A stretch of 61,575 bases of DNA, counting the filler, from Hausera hauseri (taxonomy: Eukaryota), in assembly GCA_046269625.1 (NCBI GenBank). It is 12 parts of 12 records of this genome, joined end to end, with 100 filler letters (N's around TTAATTAATTAA, not from the genome) between each part and the next. Parts side by side here need not be neighbours in the genome. Positions count along the whole stretch, not along the records: positions 47,308 to 51,302 come from JBJURY010831858.1; positions 51,403 to 57,473 come from JBJURY010145536.1; positions 57,574 to 61,575 come from JBJURY010827194.1; 9 more parts are not named here. One strand, written 5' to 3'. The notes beneath the pieces were generated by a model that saw only the letters and a program-made list of their open reading frames with translations, ran no database searches and was not told the origin of the DNA. Shown piece by piece: positions 50,019 through 61,575 of the stretch; the first letter of the stretch is position 1; each line of letters starts with the position of its first letter. Made by a program: the position numbers and the translations under genes.

Positions 50019-50381
50019 TGTAATCTATTGTTTCGGTATAATGGATTATGATCTTCATGCAATTATAGCAGAAAAGTTTGTATAAAACCGTTTAACATCT
50101 TTCAACCGTGGTTATTCCCGTTCCCCCAGTTTTCCGAACCCTGCCAGGGATCATTCATTCACTATTTTACATACACATTCAACCACTTTAACTTTTAACA
50201 ACCCTTATTTTTAACAACCATAGTGCACAGTACAACCGACACAAACACATACATTTATACGCATACATACACACATATATACAGTATATATAGTTTTATT
50301 ATATACAATTTATATACAACCCCTACGCGTCTCCCGTTGAAGTTCGACCGGATTCCCCAACCAGTCAATCTGGTTCCAACA
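50019..50381 (-). mobile_element. Probable solo LTR (TGTTGG...TTACA on minus strand)
   Basis: TGT/ACA ends, internal TG/TA microsatellite, shares GTTGGGGAATCCGG with 50782-50795. Confidence 0.45.
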
Positions 50382-50765
50382 ACGCATGAACCGAAACTAA
50401 ATTACATGGTCCATTGGCGTTTGCTACAGTTCTATATGCAGCTCGGCGTACGCGTCACAGCTTCATCATGCAATCCGATTTTTTCAGGCTCCAATATTAG
50501 AGGCGTACATAGATGGAAATTCGGAGAAGCGAGCCGCAGTTTGTACAAAGTTCAAAAGGGAATACTACAAGCTGAAAGACAATTCTCTATACGGAAAAAC
50601 AGTGGAAAATCTGAAAAAGCGGCTCAGTGTACGCCTATGCAATACGAAAAGCGGTTGGTCATGTACACGAGTAAGGTGCAGTTTCAGCGGTCAATGCACA
50701 TTGCCGATGGATTGGTTGCGGCGCTGTTAAACAGAGAAGAAGTCATTCTGGACCGGCCAATTTAC
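50382..50765 (+). pseudogene. Internal pPolB fragment (fourth copy, motif B region)
   Basis: HEPKLNYMVHWRLLQFYMQLGVRVT, YYKLKDNSLYGKTVENLKKR, QRSMHIADGLVA; closely matches 560-915 on the minus strand. Confidence 0.9.
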
Positions 50766-51044
50766 TAGGACCCGACTGTTAGTTGGGGAATCCGGCAAAA
50801 GTCCGATCAAAAATTAAAATAATGGTAAATAAGAGGGTATGTGTGCGTGTATATGTACGTATATGTGTATGTATTTTTATGTATGTGTATGTGTGTGCAA
50901 AATTAATTTATGTACAAGAATTGAGTTAGGGAGGGCAGAGTCTGTTTGAGGGAGACATAAAGTCTGAATGTAAAAATATGTATAGAAAATGTGGTATGTT
51001 GTGATTGCCGACATCCGAGAAACCCAATAATTAGTTCACCAACA
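50766..51044 (+). mobile_element. Probable LTR related to 50019-50381, opposite orientation
   Basis: TAGGACCCGACTGTTAGTTGGGGAATCCGG start, TG-rich microsatellite, CACCAACA end. Confidence 0.4.
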
Positions 51045-51402
51045 CATTATGTACTTTAAGCCCATGTATCGATTTAATCATCTACCACCTCTCTGTGTTT
51101 CTCACCCAGGGCTGGAGACCTGGCGACGGCCCATTATCATTATAAATGATAATAATGATAATTGAAATCAATTATCAATAAATTTAAAAATTAAAAAATT
51201 TTGAAAGTTAAGCTCAGTTATAATGAAGAAGTTAGATATTGAAAAATCTGTGTTGGAGGTGATAACCAGAATAAATCCGAGAAATCCGTGTTCTCCACAT
51301 AGNNNNNNNNNNNNNNNNNNNNNNNNNNNNNNNNNNNNNNNNNNNNTTAATTAATTAANNNNNNNNNNNNNNNNNNNNNNNNNNNNNNNNNNNNNNNNNN
51401 NN

Positions 51403-54400
51403 TTATAGACCACGAAAAATCCAGCAAAACCTGGCTTAGTTTTCATAAATTTTGGTTGCAGTCTAACAACATCACTGATCCGCTAACCAAAGCTCATAAC
51501 CTACTTTGTCTTTTTCTGACAACTGTAAAAACGTCCATTTATGATTTGCTAGACATCTTCCAGCAACCAAATCCATATATCCATCTTTACAATGCCGTTT
51601 CAAAGCTTACCGAATTATCTACAAACTCCATAATTCATCAGTTCTTAAACGACAATGCTATGGGGACGCAAAACCCATCAGATTTCCTTAAAATTTCACT
51701 CCTTAAACTTCAGACACTTGGCGTGACTAAATAACATAACGCTAATCTTTTGTGACGCTACTTTCTGAACGCAATGTCCATAAAAATTAGGGCCTTACTT
51801 ACTATTGTCGAAGAATCCAAGACATTTGATAAATTGGCCGAACTGGCAGAAAAAAACATGAGGTTTTGAACGCACATCCAACCAGTCATTTCTGCAGCCC
51901 ATACTACCAACAACGTTACATTCGAACAGCAGTTAAATCAACTATGAGCCGAAAATGCGGCCCTACAAACAACAATGAATAATATTCACAATAAACTGAA
52001 CGAGATTTCATTGACTCGTCGGGGGGAGGATGTTTCATACGTGACCGTAACCCTTCAATATCTCGTGGTCGTTCACTTTCACCTGGACGATCATTGATCT
52101 GCTATTACCACGGCAACTTTCATAATAATGCGCAAAAATGACACCTAGGGTGCAAATTTTACAACCAAAAATATCACACAAATAACGTAATTTGCATATA
52201 TCATGCAAAATTCCGACATAATGCACGCAGATGCATTCCTGGTTGTACTTTTGAAAACAAATCTCATCATGCAAATGAAGAACACACAAACCTCTCTTCT
52301 AACAACAGCCCTGTTTCTCCTTTTTCAAAAAACTAATTTCGCCGGCAGTACTCAAGGCAGAGTCTGGCAAAGGCAACTTCTATAATACTACCTATCGACA
52401 CACTTCTTTTGCAGTTTTTACACTAAAGGCTTCGATAACCACAAAAACAACTCAATCCATAGATTTTCTTATCGACAAAGGCTCTGCGGTTTCTTTGCTT
52501 CCACTCACTTTTCCTGTACAAAATTCATCATTCAAAGCTAAATAGTTATTTAGGGCTTCAGGCGAACCGCTAGATATTTCCAGTACATCGAAATTTTCGT
52601 TCGTTGGACGTTTACCGTCACTAACGTCCGCACACCAATCCTAGGTTGGGATTTCTTATCACACTATAATCTTTTAGTTGACTTCAAACAACAATGTCTG
52701 AAACGTAACACTACTGGATATCTTACCGAGCGAATAAATAGTATATCCGCTGAGGCACAAGCGATCTTCCCGCAAAAGCCTATACTCAAAATCCTGTAAG
52801 TCATCCAAATCTCTGCAACAAGCATTTATGATTTCGTAAATTTTTTAATAATAATGTCGATATTCAGTCGAGATGTGGTCACGACAACTACGATTGTGTT
52901 TGTTCAGTACACTCGCTAGAGAAAATTACTTCTTCGAACACCGTTTTTAATACCACTATCCTACACCAAATTCCTCTTGATTTCAATAACTCGTAAACAT
53001 CAATTGTCACAGCACATATTGACGCAACACCACAACCAACACACAATCTCTCGCAATTGTCTGAAAGTCTTCGGCAATACATACACAATTTATGGCCCAG
53101 CTTAATTCATGAAGATCGAACCTTCACACCTTCAAACAGCACTTTTCATCACATCATAAAGCAACACCAAAGACCTGTCCGCCAAAAGGTACGTCCTTTG
53201 TCACCTCTTTGTACGCAAGCTGTCGAAGCGGAATTTCTAGACCTTGAACGCTCCGGAATTGTACGCATATCTAAATCGCCGTGGTCTTCGCCTTTACACG
53301 TTGTCCAAAAAAGATGGATCCTTCTGACCATGCGGTAATTACCGTCAGCTAAACACTTTAACTGTTATGGACGCATATCCTTTACCGTTAATTAAGAATA
53401 TCCTGTACCACTTGAGAACATTGAGAAAACTGCCGTTACGACATCTTTCGGTCTGTACGAATACATTTATATACCATTTGGTTTACGCAACGCTGCACAG
53501 ACTTTCCAACGTCACATCGATTCCATACTCTCGGATTTGACTTTCGCGCACCCATATATCAACGATATCTTGATTGTTTTATCGTCAACCAAACAACATG
53601 AGGAACACCTTTGTTCTATTTTCCAATGGCTTAACAACTATAACTTACAAATTAATTCTACGAAGTGTCATTTTAATTAACTTTGTCGGACACATCATTT
53701 TAGCAAATGGCCACTCTCCTCAGCCAGAACGTGTTGAAGCCCTCAAATGTATACAACTACCCCGAACAACATCAGAAATGAGGAGCTTTCTGGGAACCTT
53801 GCACTTTGATCAGAAGTATGTGCCGTACTGCTCTGAACTTACCGCACCATTCCCCCACTTAAGCGGTGGAAAAAAACATCAACCATTACAGTGGACACCT
53901 GATCTGGTTGATACGTTTGACAAGCTTTGTGAAAGAATTAAGACCGTCGACATTCTCCCTTTTCCTAAGCCTGAAGCGGTACTCATTCTTACTACAGACG
54001 CTTCAACCACCGTGTTAGGTGCTGTGCTTCATCAAATATACAAAGGAGAAAATCAACCACTAGAATTTTTCTCTCGTAAGCTGACATCCTCTGAAACTCG
54101 ATATTCAACGTTCGATCGAGAATTATTGGCCATTGTACTCGCTTTGAAGAATTTCACTCACCTATTTATCGCTCGCCGTTTTACCATACAGACCGATCAC
54201 AAGCCCTTACTCGTAACTATGCTCGTAAACATGCTTATTCATATCAAGAACGACAAATATCATATCTGTCGACATTCAACTTCGACACAAGACATATTAA
54301 CAGCGTCAATAATTTGGTTGCCGATTTTTTATTAAGGACGGTTGGTTCGATTAATTTTTCACCCATCTTCACTCAGGCACAAGTGCAACAGAACCAACCA

Positions 54401-55904
54401 CCTCAGGACATGCTAAAATCTTTTAAGTCTTGTACAATTGTTGACGGCATGGCTTTAGACACTTCCAAACCGGGTCATTCCGTAATAATTCTCGCATTAC
54501 CTTTACAACGGCAAGCGTTTAACAGTGTACATTCCTTGCATCATCCTGGTGTTAAGGCGACTTTTCGCTTGCTCCACCGACAGGAAATATGGCAACCTAT
54601 GCGTTCGGATGTGCAAGCATGGGTAAAGGAGTGTGTGGCTTGATAGAAATTTAAAATCACCAAACATTTGAAGCCACCACTTTATCATTTTCCTTGAACA
54701 TCACGTTTTGAGTCTGTTCACATTGATCTCGTTGGCCCTCTTCCTTCTGACAATAACCATCAGTTCATTTTGACCATGACGGATTGTTCCTCACGTTGGT
54801 CATAAGCTGTTTCACTACGAAGCACTAACACGGACACTATAGCTCATATTTTCGTAAGTACTTGGATCAGCAGACTTGGATCCCCTAGATTCATTATTAC
54901 AGACCAAGGTACTCAATTTGAGTCCAATTTGTTTAAATCGCTCGTTAACCTATTAGAAATCAGTTATGTTCACACATCACCATATCACCCTCAATCGAAC
55001 GGTATTCTAGAGAGATTCCACGGAACACTAAAAACGGCATTGTAAATCCTCGCAGAATCAAATAGCAGTTGGACTAATCTCCTTCCGCCAGTTCTTCTGG
55101 GTTGGCGTAACACCCATTCTACTTCTGCAGGTTGTTCACCTACAGAAGCCCTTTTAGGAACACATGTACGTTCATTGTTTCAGTTAACTACCTTGGAAGA
55201 TACACCGACATACGAAGCTATCCGATTAGCAAAAGACCATTTTGTTGCAGTCAGCAAAGATTCCTTCTGTAGGATCTTGAATAACAATAAAACATACTTA
55301 CCGGAGGATCTATATTCGGCAAAATCCGTCTGGTTGAGGAACCAGATACCGTGCGGTTTCCAACCACGGTATTTGGGACCTTACAAACTCGTTCTATTGC
55401 ACTCCCATAATGCCATTATTTTTAAAGACGGCAAGGAACTAGCAATACACATCAACAACGTAAAGCCCGCCTTTTTCGTCGATGATACACCTGAAGTTGA
55501 ACTTTCTACACCTTTTCTGACTCCATCGCCTTTTCATATTTCTATTCCTCCAAACTCTACACCTACCCCGTTACCAGAACTTACTCCAAATCTCATTCCA
55601 CTAATCTTTCCACTTTTCTTCCAATTTCCCCTACATTTTCCCCTCCAGTTCATTCCTCATTTGTGAACGATATACCGCCTTCAACGACGACGTCCGGCAT
55701 AGTTTTATCTCCATCAACTTGTCAACTAGATTCAATTACACTGAAAAAGAGAAAAGTCGTGTCATTCAGTACCTACAGTAAGGAGATTAACTTTACAGGG
55801 GAACAACGTCTTATTCACACAAAAACCTCCTAAATGGCCTGCACTGTTCAACCACATTTTCTTTTTTCTTATCCTCTAGTCTCATCTTTGCCGCGGGGGG
55901 ATGA
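51403..55904 (+). mobile_element. Near-complete degenerate Ty3/Gypsy element: gag - PR - RT - RNase H - IN - PPT
   Basis: Gag with two CxYH..C..GCxF motifs, AAAAAAC-TAA (52327-52336), FLIDKGSAVS, SKSPWSSPLHVV, PFGLRNAAQTFQR, YINDIL, TTDAS, FFSRKL..STFDRELL, TDHKPL, HSLHHPG, HIDLVGPL, TDQGTQFES, YHPQSNGILERFH, GPY; GCGGGGGGATGA PPT at 55893-55904. Confidence 0.94.
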
Positions 55905-57070
55905 TTTTGTGCCCAACAAGGAAGTTTAAATATTTTTTATTTGTTGTTAATTGTTTTGCCGGCGAATTGGCGCACTTTTGTCGTTTTGCCTCGTTGTGCC
56001 GTGCTGTCTTATCAAGACTATAACAATTTGAATTTTTGGATTCCTGTTTGTGATTGAGAGATCCTCTGACAATATAACGACAAGGGATAATTGAAACAAA
56101 GTTTAAACGCAGGTTAATCAATACCTCAACAAAATTTTTGCTCAGGTGTTTTCTTGTTGTTCTGCCAAGGCAAAAATATTCATTTTATGTTCAAAGCTCA
56201 TCATTGCAAGGTTCTCAAACTGTAATATGAACTGTATATAAAAATATATTTGTGTGTTTGTATGTTTTTGAAGCTGTATATAAATATCGACATGATAATT
56301 AATAATTGAATTTTGGAATTTAAAAAGATATATTTTGTGGATATTTTAAGGCTGTTCTTTAATTATGGATTTAATTAAACTTTCAAACCCACACATGGGT
56401 ATTTATATCAACTTTGCAAAATTTAAACAAAGTGGGCGTGGGAATAGTGAAACCATAATAAGGACACAAAACATAGCAATATTTCACTACCCAAAATTTA
56501 AACAAAATACACCAAAATTTAAACAAAATTTTTTTACGCGCCAAATTCAAATTTTCACACTACCTAAAAACCATGCAGTACGGAAGATTGTGTGTATCAC
56601 TTTCATAACTGTGTCTCCCATCTCCGCATTATTAAGCGTGTGTGTAAATCGTTTTTTCTACCCCATGACTCATATTCAAACCACATCAATTTTTTCTACG
56701 CGGGGTGGGAGCCTGATCCAGTGTCCTCCTTTCCTTCTACTTATTTACAAAATTAAATTATTTTCCATTGTTTTCATCATATGCATACTTATTATTTATG
56801 CATTTGAAGTACTGTACTACTCCGTTAATCCTATGTGGCGCAAAAGTTTGTCTTGTAACCAAATAATTTATATGTACCGTTTACCATAAATATCATCACA
56901 TTCACTAGTCGAGCTTCTCTCAAACATGTAAGTGACCATCGATTACAAACTTATTTCCTTTTAGGCAGATTTTTTCGAAATTTCATAACAAATTCAACTT
57001 TACCCACTATTATAAAGCGAGTAGGGGGAAAAAGCCGGTTCTGGCACTAGGGGGGGGGTTCTCCCACTCA

Positions 57071-57157
57071 TCACGTGATTGGTAACGTGATCCGCCCACG
57101 CAACACGTGATTGGTCACGTGACACGTCACGTGATGCATGCGGACCGTCACGTGACA
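57071..57157. promoter_or_regulatory. Dense cluster of CACGTG E-boxes (including GTCACGTGAC) and ATTGG (CCAAT) boxes
   Basis: Five CACGTG and two GTGATTGGT within 87 bp. Confidence 0.5.
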
Positions 57158-57240
57158 TTTTTCTGTTTTATATATAACATTTATACCAAATAATCTTTCT
57201 TCTTTGCGCTTAAAACAACATGAACTTTTGCGCGCCATAA

Positions 57241-57428
57241 TTTTTGACATAGTTTCCGGACAACCACATTTCCCCACCTATCTGACTATAACAAGCTTTC
57301 GAAAAAATATTTTTGACCTAGTTTCCGGACAACTACATTTTCCCACTTATCTGACTATAACAAACTTGTTTTTTGTGACCCAGTGTTCGAACAACCACAG
57401 TTCACCATCTATTTGATTATAACGAACA
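57241..57428. repeat. Tandem repeat, ~65-69-bp unit, 3 copies
   Basis: TTTTGAC.TAGTTTCCGGACAAC.ACATTT.CCCAC.TATCTGACTATAACAA at 57241 and 57310; diverged third copy from about 57370. Confidence 0.85.
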
Positions 57429-60207
57429 TTTGATAACAAGTAGTAGTAATAGTATTGTTGTCTGCGTGCGCATNNNNNNNNNNNNNNNNNNNNNNNNNNN
57501 NNNNNNNNNNNNNNNNNTTAATTAATTAANNNNNNNNNNNNNNNNNNNNNNNNNNNNNNNNNNNNNNNNNNNNCCGCTATTAACTTTTGCTCACCTCGTC
57601 ACGGGCTATCGATATCACTCGGTCCGAACCTCTTCACTCGACCTCTTTTCTGCGGTGGGGGGGGGTCTCCGACTATTTTTAGTAAAATGTTCAGAATAGC
57701 CAATCAGGTGGGGAAAACTGGTCGCCGGACCAATCACAGAAGTGCGGTAGAGCCCACACTTCTACCTACTACCGCGCTTTCTCTGACGATTTGGTGACAA
57801 AACTTTCTCGTTAATGCTCACAGATTTATCAAGTCAATGTAATTTATTACGGAGCTATATGTTAATGTATGTTAATGCCAATAACAAATATCTGTACATT
57901 AGTTTATGTATGTTTATGAAAATTTTAAGAAATGAAAATTTGTAAAAGAACTAAAATGAACGCATCCAAAAACCAGCTGATGTTTGGTACTCGTTACAAT
58001 TTCCCAAATATGGAACACTGTTTAAGATATGAAAATTTTCCGTCATATTTTCAAGCAATTTTGTCTTAATGATTAATGTGCCACGGTTCTATGAAACAAG
58101 TATTTATTTACCAAATGGATAAATATTAGTGATGAATATTGTTTAGTTATACAGAAATTGGAAATCGTATAGTAGTTGAATATTATGATGAAATTTTATC
58201 AAAATTTAAAATTTGGTTGCATATTGGTGGAAATTGAACAAGTGCTCACATACATAGCCATATATCTACATTTCACATCTACGAAATGTGCTATTTTGAA
58301 TTGCTGTACAAGGTCATTTTTCATATCCTTACCTGCTTCTGTATCGGATGGTTTTAATCGACGTCATGTAAAGAAAATTTGTGTCCGGTCTCGTTAGAAC
58401 TCCATCTGTGAAAAAAGCAACGCAATTTCACGAATTTAACATTAGTTGCTTTCCAACTTTTGTACGCTCAAATTGAAATATTTAAACAAACGAAACACTT
58501 TGTTTTTATTTTTACAAATTCTTAGCTGAATCCTTGAAATTGTGTGGCCTTTATCCGTAAGTATCACCAATTTATGCAGAGTAATTAATTCTATTAAAAT
58601 GCTAAGTTTTGTAGGATCCCTCTCAAATGGGCCAATACTATTTACAATTTACATTCTTGTCTCTGTGTATATAATAACGAAAACTTCATTATTAAAATGG
58701 GTATAAAGGACTCTCAATAGTTCAGCAAATCTGATTGGACGTCCATTAGATAATATGTATAAAAATACAGCCAATATTTTCATAAATAACAAATTTTACA
58801 GAAGGTTTGTTTATCATCAAAACCGTAAAATCAAATTGCACTAGATTTGAATTAAACTTACTGAAACTGACGTGTCCAAAATGTCGAAGTAATGATGCTA
58901 AGTAAAATGTTACAATATAATCAACAATCTAAGATATCTCAAAGGAATTTGTAGGTCTTCTATGATCAATATACACAAATATGTACAGAGTTATACATGA
59001 GAACAACTAATAAATGTTAAAATGAAAATGATTATAAAATACTGGTGTAGTTTCCATGGTAAAGTATTTAACATTCCGCTTCGTATTGGATAGAAATAAG
59101 ATTTCAAACGAAATATCCCGAATTTTATAATCCCCAAATTTACAAGTAATATTGGAACAAATTGTTCCACAACTATATAGTAAATGGTTGAATATAAAAA
59201 ATTGATTTTTATTTATCTCTATGGTTTAGACTTCGGTTTGAAGTATGTCGAAACATTTGTAAAGAGACGAGAAACGAAAGAAATGGAAATCAGAGCGGCG
59301 CAAAATATTGGTAGTCAAAATCTTGTCAATTAAGAAAATTCTTCTGCATGTTAGGGATAAAATAGAAGAAGTGCGAAATGATGTAACATTTAGAAGTCCA
59401 TATTGCATAATCTTAATTTTGGTTAAACATATTTTTCATATTATTAATTAGCATAAAATTTTGTACTTGTAGAACTTGTAAAACTCGCAGAACCCTGACT
59501 AACGGTAAGGTGCTATTCCTTGTTAGGTTTTTGACATTATATTCAATTGGCCTCATTATTCACTTAACAGTCAGTATACGCTAAACTGTACAGTCGGAAT
59601 AAAGGCAAACCATATAAATTACATTTATTCTATGAGGCCACGTCCATTACTATAAAGAAATAATTCTGTCAAACAATGTTATGGGCATTTGCATGAATAT
59701 GCTTAGAAATGGGAAGAATCTGTGCCTCAATAACGTGCTGCAGCCAAAGCAATGGAGTTAACTTCTGTCTTGAGATAACCACATGAGTAATCAGAAAGGT
59801 TAATGTTTCTTTACAAAAATCATACAAGGATATTCAATAAGGTCATTTTGTTCAGAGGAGGCAATTGACGATGCACCTGAAATTTACAAAATGATGTTCC
59901 AGACCTAGTTTTCAATATTTTCATTACACAGGAGTTTTTAACCATAGCAATTTACCGTTTGACAAATTACGAGGCAGAATTTCGATTATCGAATGTTAAC
60001 TTTGATAAAACTACATTATAGTTTGAATAAACAGGTTGTAATTAATTATCTTATTATCGGGTTTATCAGATTATCAACTGTTTATTTCTAAGTGAAGTCT
60101 TAAAAAACTCGAACTAAAACAGAACTATATTAATCTAACAAGGAAACGAATTCTCCTGTAATTCGGGGTTTTTATAACAAATAGTCAGAGAGGCGTGGAA
60201 TATATAA

Positions 60208-60495
60208 TACCAATATAGCCAAAATAACATAATTGGAGCTTTTAAATGTAACAGCATTTCGCACTTGCTCAATTCGAATTTTCTGTCCATCTAAAATGTG
60301 TTAGTTTAATTCATAAGATCATATTCCATCGTGTATAAATTTGGTTATGCACATGACTGATGGATATTTTTTATTACGTCAGAACATAAACATTATAAAT
60401 TGGATATTAAAAGAATATTAGCTCGAGAATAGTAATGAAATTTCTAAGCGCAGTGGGGGAGATTTGAACAAGTGCGAAACGCAGTCACATTTAAA
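60208..60495. repeat. MITE-like inverted repeat pair, same family as 10735-10801
   Basis: 60241-60275 vs reverse complement of about 60460-60496 match at about 30 of 35 positions (TTTAAATGT.AC.GC.TTTCGCACTTG.TCAA.TC). Confidence 0.6.
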
Positions 60496-60857
60496 GGCTG
60501 AAGATTTACCCAGTAAATTCAGATTTGCAGTAAAATTTGTTTTCGTGTAAGTGACATTTCAACAAAACCACGGCAGTTAGTTGTAACAGTATTAAGCAAG
60601 GAATGAGTAATGAAAAAGGCTGTAAAAAGGTTTCGATCGTTCTTTAAGAAATGGAATCATAGTTTGGAATATTGGTCTATCCTGACCACCCAGATATGAC
60701 AAAATATTGTTGCAAAACTTCATATTCGCATTTACATAACCCAGAAATTTATTCCCAAAATTCCAAATTCAATTCTTTTAGTTGACCATTATTAGTTTAA
60801 AGTACAGATGTTTAAGAATTGTAAGGAGTTATGGATAAATACAATCACAATAACGTG

Positions 60858-61157
60858 TCAAATTATATAAAAGGGAAATATAAAAGTTTTAGAGAGCTGG
60901 GAATCAGGTTCTTCGTTATTGCTGTTGACAAGTTGCAAGTGTCCTGCAATGATTCTCGATTCCTTGTTATCGTGCGCAGCGTTTCCAACCAATTCCAAAA
61001 CTGCATCGGACAAGTATTCAAGAACTGTAGCCCAGTAAACTGGTGCACCGGAACAAACTCGTTCAACGTACTTTCCTTTTCTCAGAAGTCCGAGGATTCT
61101 TCTGACTGGGGATTGAAGGCCAATTCTCGAATTTCTAGTTTTGCTTTGAGTTCTTGT
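60858..61157 (-). pseudogene. H2A: Divergent histone H2A (histone fold intact, no in-frame ATG; missed by ORF track)
   Basis: [83 protein letters not shown] vs canonical [83 protein letters not shown]. Confidence 0.92.
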
Positions 61158-61575
61158 TTAACTCAGTTTTATTTAACGATTTCGTCTCTAATTAGCGTTG
61201 TTCCGATATTCTTCGGATAATGATCACCAATATGAACTGGATTGTTCATTAGAACCAGCTGTTTAACTTGCTTGTCTTTGATATTTAGAATTTTAAAAAT
61301 ATCTTCACACGCACAATTGTATCGGCATTTTCAATCAAAGTATCGTTCGCATAGTCAAATAATCCATCCTGAAAGTTCGGATAGGATGTCTGAATAAGAG
61401 TGGACAATTGTTCTTTCTTACTCCTGATCTGCATTCCTAGTAACTGATTTTCTTTTCGCGTAAACAAAAGGTAATTATTAAACAAATTTTAATAAAAAAC
61501 ACTCGCTTAAAAAACGCAAAATTAAATTGCCAGTTGGTCTGGTGAATCCAACCAACTCGTAAAATTTCATTTCTA

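Noticed and set aside
57241-57428. CRISPR array
   Set aside because: Three degenerate near-contiguous units without unique spacers, no cas genes, eukaryotic context.
4242-57573. TTAATTAATTAA repeats as a biological repeat or CRISPR-like array; ORFs ending in X runs
   Set aside because: Fixed 44N-12-44N format is an assembly linker; ORFs crossing it are artefacts.
59780-59880. RhoGAP-like LPPLNKMTLLNIL on the minus strand
   Set aside because: A single short match surrounded by stops; insufficient.
1-61575. Alternative genetic code (TGA=Trp or TAR=Gln) explaining in-frame stops
   Set aside because: Some TGA fall at Trp positions (TBK1 DIQ*S, penton IVD*E), but TAA, TAG and many frameshifts also occur and TGG is used normally; this fits mutational decay.

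Overview
This window is not one locus. It is 12 unrelated contigs of about 4-7 kb joined by an artificial 100-bp spacer (44 N + TTAATTAATTAA + 44 N), i.e. a concatenated bin. The content is AT-rich, repeat-rich animal (probably invertebrate) genomic DNA, and almost every recognisable gene is broken by stops or frameshifts. (1) Polinton/Maverick (adintovirus-like) relics: two near-complete collinear protein-primed PolB pseudogenes, two more PolB fragments, an rve integrase with chromodomain, and five minor-capsid (penton)-like gene pieces, twice in tandem. No major capsid, packaging ATPase or adenain was recognised. (2) Ty3/Gypsy elements: one nearly full length plus gag-pro, RT and RH-IN fragments, and several LTR-like segments. 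(3) RTE-type LINE ends, a Tc1/mariner element with TIRs, and MITE-like inverted repeats. (4) Intron-free truncated host-gene pieces: TBK1/IKKe, M13 neprilysin, POGZ/ZNF280, CNOT1, PSMD1/RPN2, PAQR3, USP6NL-type TBC, and histone H2A (missed by the ORF track); several abut LTR termini. The best candidate for an undescribed system is a 3.7-kb cargo cassette directly upstream of a PPT + LTR start (24969-28653). It encodes a single-pass FN3-like membrane protein, an ISG20/REX4-like DEDDh exonuclease and a RING finger. A possibly related receptor-like gene on contig 2 has a duplicated FN3-like ectodomain, a TM helix and Notch-like ankyrin repeats. All family calls come from motif recognition by eye, not database searches, and boundaries of degenerate features are approximate.
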